Assembly (NCBI GenBank): GCA_024711295.1
Contig: JANJTB010000031.1
Location: forward strand, 76,097 to 140,096
DNA length: 64,000 bases
Source of the DNA: a bacterium
GTDB taxonomy: Bacteria; Bacteroidota; Ignavibacteria; Kapaibacteriales; UBA2268
Direction: 5' to 3'
Part shown: piece by piece, positions 19,911 through 30,792 of the stretch
Numbering within the stretch: position 1 is the stretch's first letter
Layout of the letters: the number at the start of each line of letters is the position of its first letter
The notes under the pieces: generated by a model
Told to the model about the DNA's origin: nothing
The model's database searches: none
The model's input: the letters and a program-made list of their open reading frames with translations, nothing else
Made by a program: the position numbers and the translations under genes

Positions 19911-22534
19911 GCTTTTTTCTGAAGATCTACCAACAAATTAAAAGCTTGAATAGGCGTAATTTCATCAACTTTTATTTTTAGTAAGTCTTGTCTTAATGAA
20001 TCATCTCTAAATTCAAAAATGGCAAGCTGGTCATCGTTGTGAAGCTGTTTTTTTGATTTTATTGATTTAATATCAACTTTATTTGCATTAATATTTTCAT
20101 TAGGTGAATCTGAATTTAGAGAATTCATTATTTCATTTGCTCTTTCAATCACAAAATAAGGTAGTCCTGCCATTTTTGCGACATGTATTCCAAAGGAATA
20201 ATCGCTGCTACCCTTACTTACTTTGTGAGAAAATATTATGTTCGAACCGGTTTCAATTACTTCAACCCTATAATTAATTATCCCTTCATACCTATCAGCA
20301 AGCTCGTTGAGTTCGTGATAGTGAGTTGCAAATAAGGTTTTAGCCCTGATATTTGAATTCAGATACTCAGCAATTGACCATGCAATCGAGATACCATCAA
20401 AGGTAGCTGTGCCTCTGCCTACTTCGTCTAGCAAAATCAGGCTTTTATCTGTTGCATTATTAAGTATGTTAGCAGCTTCTTGCATTTCGACCAAAAAAGT
20501 ACTCTCACCCGAAGCTAAATTATCCTGAGCTCCTACTCTTGTAAAAATCTTATCAACTAAACCAATTCGTGCATACTTTGCAGGTACGTAAGAACCGATT
20601 TGAGCTAACAGTACATTTACTGCAACTTGTCTTAAATAACAAGATTTACCACTCATGTTTGGACCGGTAATGATATGAATTTGCTCTTTTGAAGTATCTA
20701 AAATCGTATCATTAGGCGTAAACTTTGCTCCAATAGGGAGATTTTTTTCGACAACCGGGTGCCTTGCTTCAATAAGTTCAATAATATCTGAGTCATCAAC
20801 TAATGGTTTTGTGAATGAATTTTCGTGTGCAGACTGTGAAAGAGACTGTAAACAATCAATTTCAGCAATCATATTTGAGTTATTCTGAATTTCATTTATA
20901 TAAGAAGTTATTTTGATTTTCAATTCAGTGAAAAGAAAATTCTCTAATTCAGAAATTTTTTCTTCAGCTCCTAAAATTTTAGTTTCAATTTCTTTAAGTT
21001 CTGGTGTAGTAAACCTTTCAGCATTAGTAAGTGTTTGTTTCCTGTGATAATTATCAGGAACTTTGTTTGAGTTAATTCTCGAAACTTCAATATAATAACC
21101 AAAAACGTTATTAAATCCAATTTTTAAAGTGTTTATTCCAGTTCTTTCTCTTTCTTCGGCTTGAACTTTTTTAATCCAGTCTGCCCCATTTCTTTTCGCT
21201 GAAATATATGAATCAAGTTCTACACTATAACCTGGTTTGAATATCTGTCCAGATCCCAATTGCACAGTAGGATCTTCAAGCAATGTATTTTCTAATATAT
21301 CTGTTAGCTCTTTTAATTCCAACATATTAGATATTGCATTTAACAAATTTGTATCGTTAGAATTACTTATTATCGCTTTAATTTCAGGAACTTGTAATAA
21401 ACTATTTTTTAAAGCAACGCAGTCTCTTGGATTTGCTCTATTTGATGAAATTTTTGAGACTAATCTATCCAAATCTCCAATTTTAGATAGTAATCCCCTC
21501 AACTGTTCTCTCAATAGATTATTTTTGTAAAGGGATTCTACTTTTAATTGCCTGTCTAAAATTTGATTTAGCTTAATCAATGGAAATGACACCCATTTTT
21601 TAAGAAGTCTGCCTCCCATAGATGTCATTGTTTTATCAATAACATTTAATAACGTGAAATCAGAATTATCGGAATATGTGATCTCAAGATTTTTTCTTGT
21701 TGAATAATCAAGAGACATAAAATCACCGGTCTGAAATAAGCTAATTGATTTTAAATGACTTAAATTATTTGGCTGAGTATCGTTCAGATAACTGATGATA
21801 CTTCCGGCAGCAGAAATGCCTGCAGCTAAATTTTCAACACCGAAACCTTTAAGTGAAAGTGTTTTAAATTGCTTTAGAAGTAAATCTAATGAAAAATCAT
21901 ACTCAAAAATCCATTCTTCAAGTTTAGTTATCAGTGGTTTCCATGACAATTTTTCAATTTCAGGTAATAAAACATCTTTTTGACTTTTTGAAATTATTAT
22001 TTCAGAAGGATGAAATGTATTAAGTAAATCTCTTAAGCTATTGATGTTTATTTCACATACCTGGAATTCTCCTGTAGAAATATCACAAATGGAAATGCCT
22101 GTAACTTTGCTAAAAGTTTTGTCATTTTTTAAGAAGATTGAGCAAAGATAATTATTTGAAGAATTGTCTAAGAGCTTATCATAGAAAGCCACTCCGGGAG
22201 TAACTACTTCAACAACACCACGTTTTACTATACCTCTTGCTAACTTTGGGTCCTCAAGTTGTTCGCACACTGCTACTCTAAAGCCCGATTTAACAAGTTT
22301 TGGTAAGTATGTGTCAAGTTGATGATGAGGAAAACCAGCCAAAGGTACATCTGCTCCAGCACCATTATTTCTTTTTGTAAGTGTTATACCACATGCTTTA
22401 GCAGTCAAAACTGCATCATTTTCGAACGTTTCAAAGAAATCACCCATCCTAAACAATAATATCGTATCTTGATATTTTTGTTTTATTTGGCCATATTGCC
22501 TCATTAATGGAGTTTCGGTTGATTTCAATTTCAA
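19901..22534 (-). CDS. mutS: DNA mismatch repair protein MutS
   Basis: TPLMRQY, FRMGDFFE, TGPNMSGKS, STFLVEM, DEVGRGT and FATHYHEL motifs. Confidence 0.98.
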   Translation of the reverse strand: MKLKSTETPLMRQYGQIKQKYQDTILLFRMGDFFETFENDAVLTAKACGITLTKRNNGAGADVPLAGFPHHQLDTYLPKLVKSGFRVAVCEQLEDPKLARGIVKRGVVEVVTPGVAFYDKLLDNSSNNYLCSIFLKNDKTFSKVTGISICDISTGEFQVCEININSLRDLLNTFHPSEIIISKSQKDVLLPEIEKLSWKPLITKLEEWIFEYDFSLDLLLKQFKTLSLKGFGVENLAAGISAAGSIISYLNDTQPNNLSHLKSISLFQTGDFMSLDYSTRKNLEITYSDNSDFTLLNVIDKTMTSMGGRLLKKWVSFPLIKLNQILDRQLKVESLYKNNLLREQLRGLLSKIGDLDRLVSKISSNRANPRDCVALKNSLLQVPEIKAIISNSNDTNLLNAISNMLELKELTDILENTLLEDPTVQLGSGQIFKPGYSVELDSYISAKRNGADWIKKVQAEERERTGINTLKIGFNNVFGYYIEVSRINSNKVPDNYHRKQTLTNAERFTTPELKEIETKILGAEEKISELENFLFTELKIKITSYINEIQNNSNMIAEIDCLQSLSQSAHENSFTKPLVDDSDIIELIEARHPVVEKNLPIGAKFTPNDTILDTSKEQIHIITGPNMSGKSCYLRQVAVNVLLAQIGSYVPAKYARIGLVDKIFTRVGAQDNLASGESTFLVEMQEAANILNNATDKSLILLDEVGRGTATFDGISIAWSIAEYLNSNIRAKTLFATHYHELNELADRYEGIINYRVEVIETGSNIIFSHKVSKGSSDYSFGIHVAKMAGLPYFVIERANEIMNSLNSDSPNENINANKVDIKSIKSKKQLHNDDQLAIFEFRDDSLRQDLLKIKVDEITPIQAFNLLVDLQKKAKK

Positions 22535-23241
22535 TTTTCCTTTTTGTCTTTTTTAGGAATAGCTACTGTATTCATACGATTCATTATCCATTCTACTCTT
22601 CTTTTGATATATTGTGTAGGTTTATCTGGTGACCAACGCCTTGGATTTGGTAGTACCGAAGCTAGTAATGCTGCCTCTCGCTTAGTTAATTTTACCGCAC
22701 TTTTGTTGAAAAACTTTTGTGATGCTGCTTCAACTCCATATAGCCCGGGTCCCCACTCGACCACATTGGCATAAACTTCCAAAATTCTTTTCTTTCCCCA
22801 AATATATTCAATAAGATAGGTAAAATAAACTTCAACAGCTTTCCTTACATAATTTCTGGCATGAGGAAGAAAAGTGTTTTTTGCTGTTTGCATTGTAATT
22901 GTACTTGCTCCTCTTTTTTTTCTTCCTTTGTGTCTTTCATTATATCTTTTAGCGTCTTCAACGGCTCTCCAATCAACCCCATTGTGCCTCATAAATCGGG
23001 CATCTTCGGCACCAATGACTGCTCTAAAGACATTTGGGGATATTTCTTCGTATTGTACCCAATCTTTATCAATCCAAACAAGATTACCCTCGATAACACC
23101 TTCAAAAACTCTTATAATCATGTGTGGTGTAACAGGTGGCGGTACAAATTTGTAAAGTACAACCGTAAATACTGATAGAAACAGGAACAATACTCCTGAA
23201 TATAACAGTGATTTGAAGAGAACTGAAAAAAATCTTTTCAT
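22531..23241 (-). CDS. mtgA: Monofunctional peptidoglycan transglycosylase (GT51)
   Basis: EDARFMRHNGVD, GASTITMQTAKN, RKAVE and KKRILEVY motifs. Confidence 0.93.
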   Translation of the reverse strand: MKRFFSVLFKSLLYSGVLFLFLSVFTVVLYKFVPPPVTPHMIIRVFEGVIEGNLVWIDKDWVQYEEISPNVFRAVIGAEDARFMRHNGVDWRAVEDAKRYNERHKGRKKRGASTITMQTAKNTFLPHARNYVRKAVEVYFTYLIEYIWGKKRILEVYANVVEWGPGLYGVEAASQKFFNKSAVKLTKREAALLASVLPNPRRWSPDKPTQYIKRRVEWIMNRMNTVAIPKKDKKEN

Positions 23242-23242
23242 A

Positions 23243-23590
23243 TTATAAATTATATGGAGAATAAGTTATTTTGAAAATAACACTATCAGGTTCATTGATA
23301 CCTAAATTATCGAAAATCAGCCTCTGTTGCTTATTTCCATTTGGGAAAATATCCCCATAAGCTTTCTCAATTCTTTGAACTTCCTTTTGATTAGAATACG
23401 CCTGAGCAATTAAGATAACAAAGTAAGCAGGTTGCTCTCCGGTATTTTTGATTGTTATATCGAGGTAATACAATCCTTCTGAAGTACGACCTTCTGTTTT
23501 TTTGTCAATAAATACAAATGCTTCCTTTTGCAAAGAGCAAAATGGAAGCACTGTTAGAAACAACAAAATTATCAGTAATGCTTTTTTCAT
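23243..23590 (-). CDS. Small exported hypothetical protein (Ig-like/FxLYD-like)
   Basis: Signal peptide, IKNTGEQPA motif; lies within the ileS-mtgA-mutS run. Confidence 0.6.
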   Translation of the reverse strand: MKKALLIILLFLTVLPFCSLQKEAFVFIDKKTEGRTSEGLYYLDITIKNTGEQPAYFVILIAQAYSNQKEVQRIEKAYGDIFPNGNKQQRLIFDNLGINEPDSVIFKITYSPYNL

Positions 23591-23601
23591 AACATTAAAA
23601 C

Positions 23602-26600
23602 TTAAATCTGCTTTTGAATTTTCAATTTGATAGTAGAATCATTTAATTCAATCTCGTTAGAATTCTGAATGTTATTATTAAAAACTACATTATCAGCTAA
23701 AGTCTCAGAACAAATATATGAAATCATTGAATTTACAGAATTCTGAATATTACCGTCAGATGAATATTCAATAGTAATTCTATCTGTAACTTCATAGCCT
23801 GACTCTTTCCTTAAATTCTGCACTCTGTTAACAAACTCGCGAGCTATACCTTCATTGATAAGCTCTTGGTTGAGTGTTGTATCTAGAGCAACTGTAACTC
23901 CTAATTCAGATGCAACAAGCCATCCTTCTATATCTTCGCTGTATATTTCAATATCCTCAATTGATAATTCAATTTCAATGCCATCAATGTTGAAAGTATG
24001 TTTACCTTCACTTTCAATAATTTTAATTGTATCATTTTTTAAATCTTTGATAAAGCTAGCAACTTGCTGAGTTGATTTTCCAAATTTTTTGCCTATGACT
24101 TTAAAATTAGGTTTAGCAACTTTTTTAACAATATCTGAATTACTTTCTGACACAAATTCAATAGATTTGATATTTAATTCTTCCTGAATTATTTCAGAAA
24201 CCAATTGTATATCTCTTCTTTCAGATGGAGAATTTACCGGTATTAATATTCTGCTAAGAGGCTGTCTGACTTTAATATTAGCTTTTTCTCTCAGCATCCT
24301 AGCCAAAGAAGTGATTTTTTGGGCTGTCTCCATTCTTCGTTCCAGCTCAATATCAATCATACTATCATCCACAATAGCCATATCAGTAAGATGTATGGAA
24401 ATTGGCTCATTTATGGTTCTTAATCTTTGGTAAATATCTTCGCTTATGAATGGTGCTTGCGGAGCAATTAGCTGCAACACCTTAACTAAAACATTTTTTA
24501 AAGTTTGGTAAGCGGCAATTTTTTCGTTATCCTTCTCCCCTTTCCAAAATCTTCTTCTGTTTCTTCTTATATACCAATTAGATAATTCATTGATTACAAA
24601 ATCTTGAACTGAGCGTGGAGCTTTAGTTAATTCATAAGATTCCATCAATTCTCTGTAATTTTTCACTAAAGTATTCACTCTTGAAATTATCCATCTATCA
24701 ATTTCTGGTCTTTCAGAAATTGGAATTTCAGGTTCATCGCCAGTAAATTCATCAATATTTGCATATAATGCAAAAAATGCATAAGTGTTAGTTAATGATC
24801 TTAAGAAATCTGAAATAACTGTTTTTGCTATGTCTTCCTGATTAAATTTTGTAGTTTTCCATGGTGGATTATTGACAAATAAATACCATCTAACTGCATC
24901 AGCCCCATATTTCTCCATTAATTCAAACGGATCAATAGTATTACCTAATCTCTTAGACATTTTGACGCCGTTTTTATCTAAGATAAGTTCGTTAACAACA
25001 ATATTTTTAAATGCAGGTTTGTCAAATAATGCAACAGCAATATTATGAAGTGTATAAAACCATCCACGTGTTTGGTCAATGCCCTCAGCAATAAAGTCAC
25101 CTGGAAAAATTTTATCAAATAATTCTTTGTTCTCAAAAGGATAATGAAGTTGGGCAAACGGCATCGCACCTGAATCAAACCAAACATCAATAACCTCATG
25201 CACTCTTCTATACGTATTTTCATTTTTTCTGAAAATTACATTATCTGCAAATGGTCTATGCAGGTCCACCTCTATTCCACATTCTTTTACTGGTAGTTCA
25301 CGACCATCTTCAAATACATAAATACCTTCAGTTAACTCTTGTATTGAACCAATTGCGAAGTAATCACTCTTGTCATTCTCATTTACCCAAATTGGCAATG
25401 GAGTTCCCCAAAATCTGTCCCTTGATAATGACCATTCTTTAACTTCTTCCAGCCAATTGCCAAACCTGCCTTCACCAATTTCACTAGGTTGCCAGTTAAT
25501 TTCCTTATTCCTGTCAATCATGTTGGATTTGTATTCAGGAGACTTGATAAACCAGGACTCACGGGCATAGTACATTATTGGATTACCGGTTCTCCAACAG
25601 TGAGGGTAACTATGGACATAATCATTTGTTGATCGGTAAATCTTATCTGCATATTTAAGAGCAATAACAATATCTTTATCAGCTCCTTCTTCAGTATGAT
25701 CTTTGTAGGTAAATGTTTTGATAGCCCTTCCTGCAAATTCACCCATATCTTCGGTGAAATGTCCATTTGGAGTAACAGGTTGAACAAAAGGAATTTTGAA
25801 TTTTCGTGACATTTGATAATCATCTTCACCAAATGCGGGCGCAATATGAACCAATCCAGAACCATCTTCGGTCGAAACAAAATCACCTGGTAAAACTGTC
25901 AGAGCTTGAGGAAATTCATCAAAGTTAATTTTAACATAAGGGAAAATTTGTTCATACTTAGTACCAAAAAGGTCACTTCCTTTAAACTCTTTGATAATCT
26001 CGTATTCACCATCTAAAACTTGAAGTCTCGACTTTGCCAGTACAAGTTCATCAAGGTATTCTTCTTCCTTATTTTTTCGTTTATTTCTGACAAAAACATA
26101 ATCAATATCTTCTCCTGCAGCTAATGCAACATTCGCTAAAAGAGTCCAAGGAGTAGTTGTCCATACAAGTAATCTTGCTCCCAGAATTTCTGCAATCGGA
26201 CTTGAAGTTATTTTTAGTTTTATGAAACAATTAGGATCCCTAACATCTTTATACCCTAGTGATAACTCATGAGAGCTAAGGGGAGTTTCGATGGTAGGTG
26301 ATTGAGGTACAACTTTAAATCCACGATAAATATAACCTTTGTCAAAGAAAGTTTTAAGTGCCCACCAGACAGATTCTATATAGTCATTTGTACAAGTAAT
26401 ATAAGCAGATTTTAAATCAACCCAATATCCCATTCTCTCTGTTAAGTAACCCCAACCCTGATCTTTTTCAATATTTGAATAAACAAATTCCTTACAAGCA
26501 TTATTAAATTTCGTAATTCCAAATTTTTCGATATCAGCTTTGTCTTTAAGACCTAAGCGTTTTTCCAATTCAATTTCCACAGGTAAACCATGCGTATCCC

Positions 26601-26853
26601 AACCTGCCTGACGTCTTACATAATAACCGTTCATTGTTTTGTAGCGGCAAATTGTATCTTTGATTGTTCTTGCCATCAAATGATGAACCCCTGGATTACC
26701 ATTTACTGTTGGAGGTCCTTCGTAAAAACTGTAATATGGAGAATCTTTTCTTAAATCCAGTGATTTATCAAATACTTTATTATCTGACCAAAATTTAAGA
26801 ATTTTGTGTTCTAATTCAGGATATGATAATTTTTCCGGTAATGGTGCAAACAT
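23602..26853 (-). CDS. ileS: Isoleucine--tRNA ligase, type 2
   Basis: EGPPTVNGNPGVHH, GWDTHGLPVE, WTTTPWTL, EGIDQTRGWF, KMSKR; type-2 C-terminus (EGIAREFVNRVQNLRK). Confidence 0.97.
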   Translation of the reverse strand: MFAPLPEKLSYPELEHKILKFWSDNKVFDKSLDLRKDSPYYSFYEGPPTVNGNPGVHHLMARTIKDTICRYKTMNGYYVRRQAGWDTHGLPVEIELEKRLGLKDKADIEKFGITKFNNACKEFVYSNIEKDQGWGYLTERMGYWVDLKSAYITCTNDYIESVWWALKTFFDKGYIYRGFKVVPQSPTIETPLSSHELSLGYKDVRDPNCFIKLKITSSPIAEILGARLLVWTTTPWTLLANVALAAGEDIDYVFVRNKRKNKEEEYLDELVLAKSRLQVLDGEYEIIKEFKGSDLFGTKYEQIFPYVKINFDEFPQALTVLPGDFVSTEDGSGLVHIAPAFGEDDYQMSRKFKIPFVQPVTPNGHFTEDMGEFAGRAIKTFTYKDHTEEGADKDIVIALKYADKIYRSTNDYVHSYPHCWRTGNPIMYYARESWFIKSPEYKSNMIDRNKEINWQPSEIGEGRFGNWLEEVKEWSLSRDRFWGTPLPIWVNENDKSDYFAIGSIQELTEGIYVFEDGRELPVKECGIEVDLHRPFADNVIFRKNENTYRRVHEVIDVWFDSGAMPFAQLHYPFENKELFDKIFPGDFIAEGIDQTRGWFYTLHNIAVALFDKPAFKNIVVNELILDKNGVKMSKRLGNTIDPFELMEKYGADAVRWYLFVNNPPWKTTKFNQEDIAKTVISDFLRSLTNTYAFFALYANIDEFTGDEPEIPISERPEIDRWIISRVNTLVKNYRELMESYELTKAPRSVQDFVINELSNWYIRRNRRRFWKGEKDNEKIAAYQTLKNVLVKVLQLIAPQAPFISEDIYQRLRTINEPISIHLTDMAIVDDSMIDIELERRMETAQKITSLARMLREKANIKVRQPLSRILIPVNSPSERRDIQLVSEIIQEELNIKSIEFVSESNSDIVKKVAKPNFKVIGKKFGKSTQQVASFIKDLKNDTIKIIESEGKHTFNIDGIEIELSIEDIEIYSEDIEGWLVASELGVTVALDTTLNQELINEGIAREFVNRVQNLRKESGYEVTDRITIEYSSDGNIQNSVNSMISYICSETLADNVVFNNNIQNSNEIELNDSTIKLKIQKQI

Positions 26854-27051
26854 ATTGTATTATCCGCTGATTGTAAATAACAAAACAACAAAAATACGAA
26901 ATTTTCATCAAAAAATTTGAAAGTAAAAAAGATAATTAGTATTTTATATTTCAAATTATTATTTTAGTCGTATTAAAAAGAATTATTTGCAATTTCTAAT
27001 TTTATTTAGCGTGATATTTAATTTACTAAATATTTAATATTGGGATAGTTT

Positions 27052-29793
27052 ATGAAAAATTTATACATTTTATCAATCAATAGATTTTACATATTTTTTC
27101 TTATTTTAATCAATTCATTGATATTTTGCTACAAAAGTTTGCCGGCTCAATCAACCAGATCAGGCATAGAAATCAATGCTGAAACTAATGAGCATCCCTT
27201 ATCATTTTTAATTTATTCAAACGCTCTGGTTGATGTTAACTCAATAACTATTGAGATTAAATCAAATAATGAGTTTTCATCATTTAATACAGTAAAAGAA
27301 AATATTACTATTGTTCCATTAAATAACAAGAAACTTGAAATATTTTGTAAAAGTCAAGCAGGATCATTGTGTTTCATTTCTTCAGACATACCCTTACTAA
27401 GCTTTATGGTTGATAGCGCAACATTTGATACTGAGTATGAAATTACTTATTTAAACTTCAATTCTCAGGAAGTATTTTCAGAAAATGTAAATTTGAGAAT
27501 TCCATCTGACGTTCTATTGTCAAACAGATGTTCAAAAAACTTCATAAATCTGAATACAGGAGTTGGATTAGCAAATCAGCAAGTTGATCCAAATTGGATT
27601 ACTTCGTATAATACCCCAGTTTATGTTGTGAGTCATAATTGGCCGGTTTCCAGTTCAAATGCAAATTGGGTAAATTATTATCCCTATAATTCAGGTAGAG
27701 AAAATGATTCAATGATATATATTCGCAAGATATGTAGTAATAAAAATACCAATGGTAACATCAATCTGTGTATAGCCGCTGATAATAGTGCAAAGGTGTA
27801 TTTTAATAATCAATTAATAGCTCAAACAACAAATGGTAACTTCGGATTTATGCAATTCTCTTGTTTCAATAATATTCCGGTAAATATCAACCAAGGTGAA
27901 AATGTGTTAAAAGTAAGTGTTTCAAATTTATTGGGAAACACCGGTTTTATAATAACTAATTCAAGCTTGGTATCAAATAGCCCAAGTGTAGGTTTATTAT
28001 CAGACAGTTGCTGTAGTTCATCTTCAAGAATTTGTGGTAGAAAAATTTGGGATAAAAACTGCAATGGGAAATCTGAAGCAGGTGATATTCCATTAAGTAA
28101 TTGGCCAATCTCGCTGATGACTCCGGATGGAAATACAATCAATACAATTACCGATAATGATGGAAACTTTTGCTTTGACAATCTTTTACCAGGGCAATAC
28201 ATATTGTCGGAACAGTTATTGGATAGCTGGACAGCAAGTAATTCATCAGGTCCTTTTTATGTTTCACTTGAACCTTATTCAATAATTATAAGGGATTTTT
28301 TAAACTGTAAACCACCCAAGTGTGAGGAGCTTTTTACAGAATTAGAAAATTCAGATGAGTGCTGTCAAACCAAATTTGTAATTAATAATCATGATAATTC
28401 AGGTTTACAATCAATTACATATTCAGTTAGCGGTGGGGTTATTAATAGCATTACAAGCAGCCATTGCAATTATACATCAACACCAGCTAACTTAAACGGA
28501 ACATCAACAGGCACAATTAATTTTAACTCTCAGTGTACATCTCAAAATCCAATTTTATTCTTTGTTAATGCAAGTTCATCCACTGCCTCCGGAAATATAT
28601 GTATAACGTGGAACGCTAATTATGAGCAAGGTGGGCAAACATTCAGTTGTTCTTATATCACGTGCATTAATTGTGAAAGAGCACCCAAATTTTGTAATAA
28701 TAATCTAAATGCTTCGCCTAACATTTTTGCACCAACAAATACTGATTATAGAAAATTCATAATATCAAATTTAAAATTACCAACTTCACCAATAAAGTCA
28801 ATTAAGATTAAATTTATTAATGAGCCAAATCCTAATCACATAGGAGGTGGACTAGTTGTAGATGGATTAAACAGAAATTGGACTTATAATAATTCAGGCG
28901 GCCCAACCAACCCATATACGAAAGTTGATTTAGCTTGTACCGGGCAAGAAGTTCATGGACCTTCCGCAGTAAATTCTGTTGAATTAAACTTGGGAGTTGA
29001 CAAGACATTAATCCCACCCTATTCGGGAATTGTTAGTTTTGAAATTGTACATTGCGATGGGGATACGTGCGAATTGAACTATACTTGGGAACCCCCTGTA
29101 ATTAATAATTCAAATTCTACTCTAAGAGTTACAGATTCTCCTCAAGCAAAAATAAAAGTTCTGGACCTGGATTTTGAATTACCTGAGGGGGCTCAATCTT
29201 TTGCCATAATGGTAGGAGATACAACTAATAAAATATTAGCGACCACACCTCCTGCTTATAATGCAGAAAATGAAAAATCAAATCTAGTCAATTTTAGAGT
29301 TGTATCAAGTATAAATAAAGTTTTTTATCAACAGATTACAAGCAAACATTTAATAGATAATCGAAAGTACAAAATAACATTAGCAATAATTCATGGGGAA
29401 GAAAATCAAAGTGATAAGATAAAAACTCTGGTAACTTATTTTGATGCAACTGGTAGAGAAATTGCATTTGACGAACAATTGATTTCAGGAATAAACATTG
29501 GAGCTCTAGATTCAAAGAATTCAATCAGTTTTAAAAATATTATGAATGTTTACCCAAATCCTACAGATAAACTAATAAATATAAATTTAACCCTTGATAA
29601 ATCTACAAGAATAATTTTAAAAATAGCTGATAATTTGGGTAATGAAATAACAAATTTGATTGATGATAAGTATGTTGAATCAGGTAATCATAATTATCAA
29701 TTTGATTTAAGTACATTACCAAGTGGATTATTTCAATTGGTTTTAAATTGCAGTGGAAATATATATTTTGAAAAATTTATCATTTCAAGATAG
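27052..29793 (+). CDS. Large Cys-rich secreted protein with SdrD-B-like domain and T9SS CTD
   Basis: Signal peptide; jelly-roll-like ADN module; SdrD-B-like WDKNCNG...TITDNDGNFCFDNLLPGQYIL; C-terminal VYPNP...LPSG. Confidence 0.75.
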   Translation: MKNLYILSINRFYIFFLILINSLIFCYKSLPAQSTRSGIEINAETNEHPLSFLIYSNALVDVNSITIEIKSNNEFSSFNTVKENITIVPLNNKKLEIFCKSQAGSLCFISSDIPLLSFMVDSATFDTEYEITYLNFNSQEVFSENVNLRIPSDVLLSNRCSKNFINLNTGVGLANQQVDPNWITSYNTPVYVVSHNWPVSSSNANWVNYYPYNSGRENDSMIYIRKICSNKNTNGNINLCIAADNSAKVYFNNQLIAQTTNGNFGFMQFSCFNNIPVNINQGENVLKVSVSNLLGNTGFIITNSSLVSNSPSVGLLSDSCCSSSSRICGRKIWDKNCNGKSEAGDIPLSNWPISLMTPDGNTINTITDNDGNFCFDNLLPGQYILSEQLLDSWTASNSSGPFYVSLEPYSIIIRDFLNCKPPKCEELFTELENSDECCQTKFVINNHDNSGLQSITYSVSGGVINSITSSHCNYTSTPANLNGTSTGTINFNSQCTSQNPILFFVNASSSTASGNICITWNANYEQGGQTFSCSYITCINCERAPKFCNNNLNASPNIFAPTNTDYRKFIISNLKLPTSPIKSIKIKFINEPNPNHIGGGLVVDGLNRNWTYNNSGGPTNPYTKVDLACTGQEVHGPSAVNSVELNLGVDKTLIPPYSGIVSFEIVHCDGDTCELNYTWEPPVINNSNSTLRVTDSPQAKIKVLDLDFELPEGAQSFAIMVGDTTNKILATTPPAYNAENEKSNLVNFRVVSSINKVFYQQITSKHLIDNRKYKITLAIIHGEENQSDKIKTLVTYFDATGREIAFDEQLISGINIGALDSKNSISFKNIMNVYPNPTDKLININLTLDKSTRIILKIADNLGNEITNLIDDKYVESGNHNYQFDLSTLPSGLFQLVLNCSGNIYFEKFIISR

Positions 29794-29831
29794 AAAATTT
29801 TATATTTCTATAAAAAGACAGTTACTTTTGC

Positions 29832-30701
29832 ATGATGCAAAATCAAAAAAAATCTTACATATATGCATTTGTAACTGTTTTTTTATGGTCAACTGTAGCA
29901 AGTGCTTTCAAGATCGGGCTCGATTATTATAGCCCGGATTTATTATTATTGATTTCTTCAATAGTTTCTACCGTTTTTTTCTTTACATTGATGCTTAATC
30001 ATTCCAAAAAGAATTTATATACAAAAGACAATATTTTTAAATCTTTATTTGCAGGTTTACTTAATCCATTTCTTTATTACTTAATTTTATTCAAAGCTTA
30101 CGATATGATACCTGCTCAAGTCGCTCAACCTCTTAATTACACCTGGATTATCGTAGTTACAGTATTGATGAGCATTTCAAACAAAAAGCGACTTTCAATT
30201 ATTACTATTTCCGGTCTTTTAATAAGTTTTACTGGTGTTGTTGTAATAAGTGCTCAGGGGAACGCTTCGGGTAAGGAAATCAATATAATAGGAGTTGGAC
30301 TTGCTTTAATTAGCTCTGTTTTTTGGGGTTTTTACTGGCTGATTAATTTAAAAGACACAAGGCAGGATGTTGAAAAACTTTTTATGAACTTTTTTGTGGG
30401 TACAATTTTTATAAGCATTTATGTTTTGATTTTTTCAGATTTTAAATACTCCTTCGAAGGTACAATGGCAGGTATTTATATTGGTTTATTCGAAATGGGG
30501 GCAACTTTTTTTGTATGGCTTAAAGCACTTAAATATTCTGAAGATACAGGCAAGACAGGTAATATAATTTATTTAACTCCCTTTATATCGTTAATATTTA
30601 TTAGTTTGATACTTAAAGAAGTAATTTCAATCAACTCTTTTTTAGGTTTGATTTTAATTATTGGTGGAATTGTCATTACTTCAAGGGTAAAAAATATTTA
30701 A
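29832..30701 (+). CDS. DMT/EamA family transporter
   Basis: About 10 TM segments; LWSTVASAFK, LNPFLYYLILFKAY and YLTPFISL motifs. Confidence 0.9.
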   Translation: MMQNQKKSYIYAFVTVFLWSTVASAFKIGLDYYSPDLLLLISSIVSTVFFFTLMLNHSKKNLYTKDNIFKSLFAGLLNPFLYYLILFKAYDMIPAQVAQPLNYTWIIVVTVLMSISNKKRLSIITISGLLISFTGVVVISAQGNASGKEINIIGVGLALISSVFWGFYWLINLKDTRQDVEKLFMNFFVGTIFISIYVLIFSDFKYSFEGTMAGIYIGLFEMGATFFVWLKALKYSEDTGKTGNIIYLTPFISLIFISLILKEVISINSFLGLILIIGGIVITSRVKNI

Positions 30702-30792
30702 TAATACCTTATTCATAGCAAAATCATTTTTGTAGATTGACCGAAATGATTAAATTTGAATTCAATTTTTTAACATAATCTAAAATTTAATA

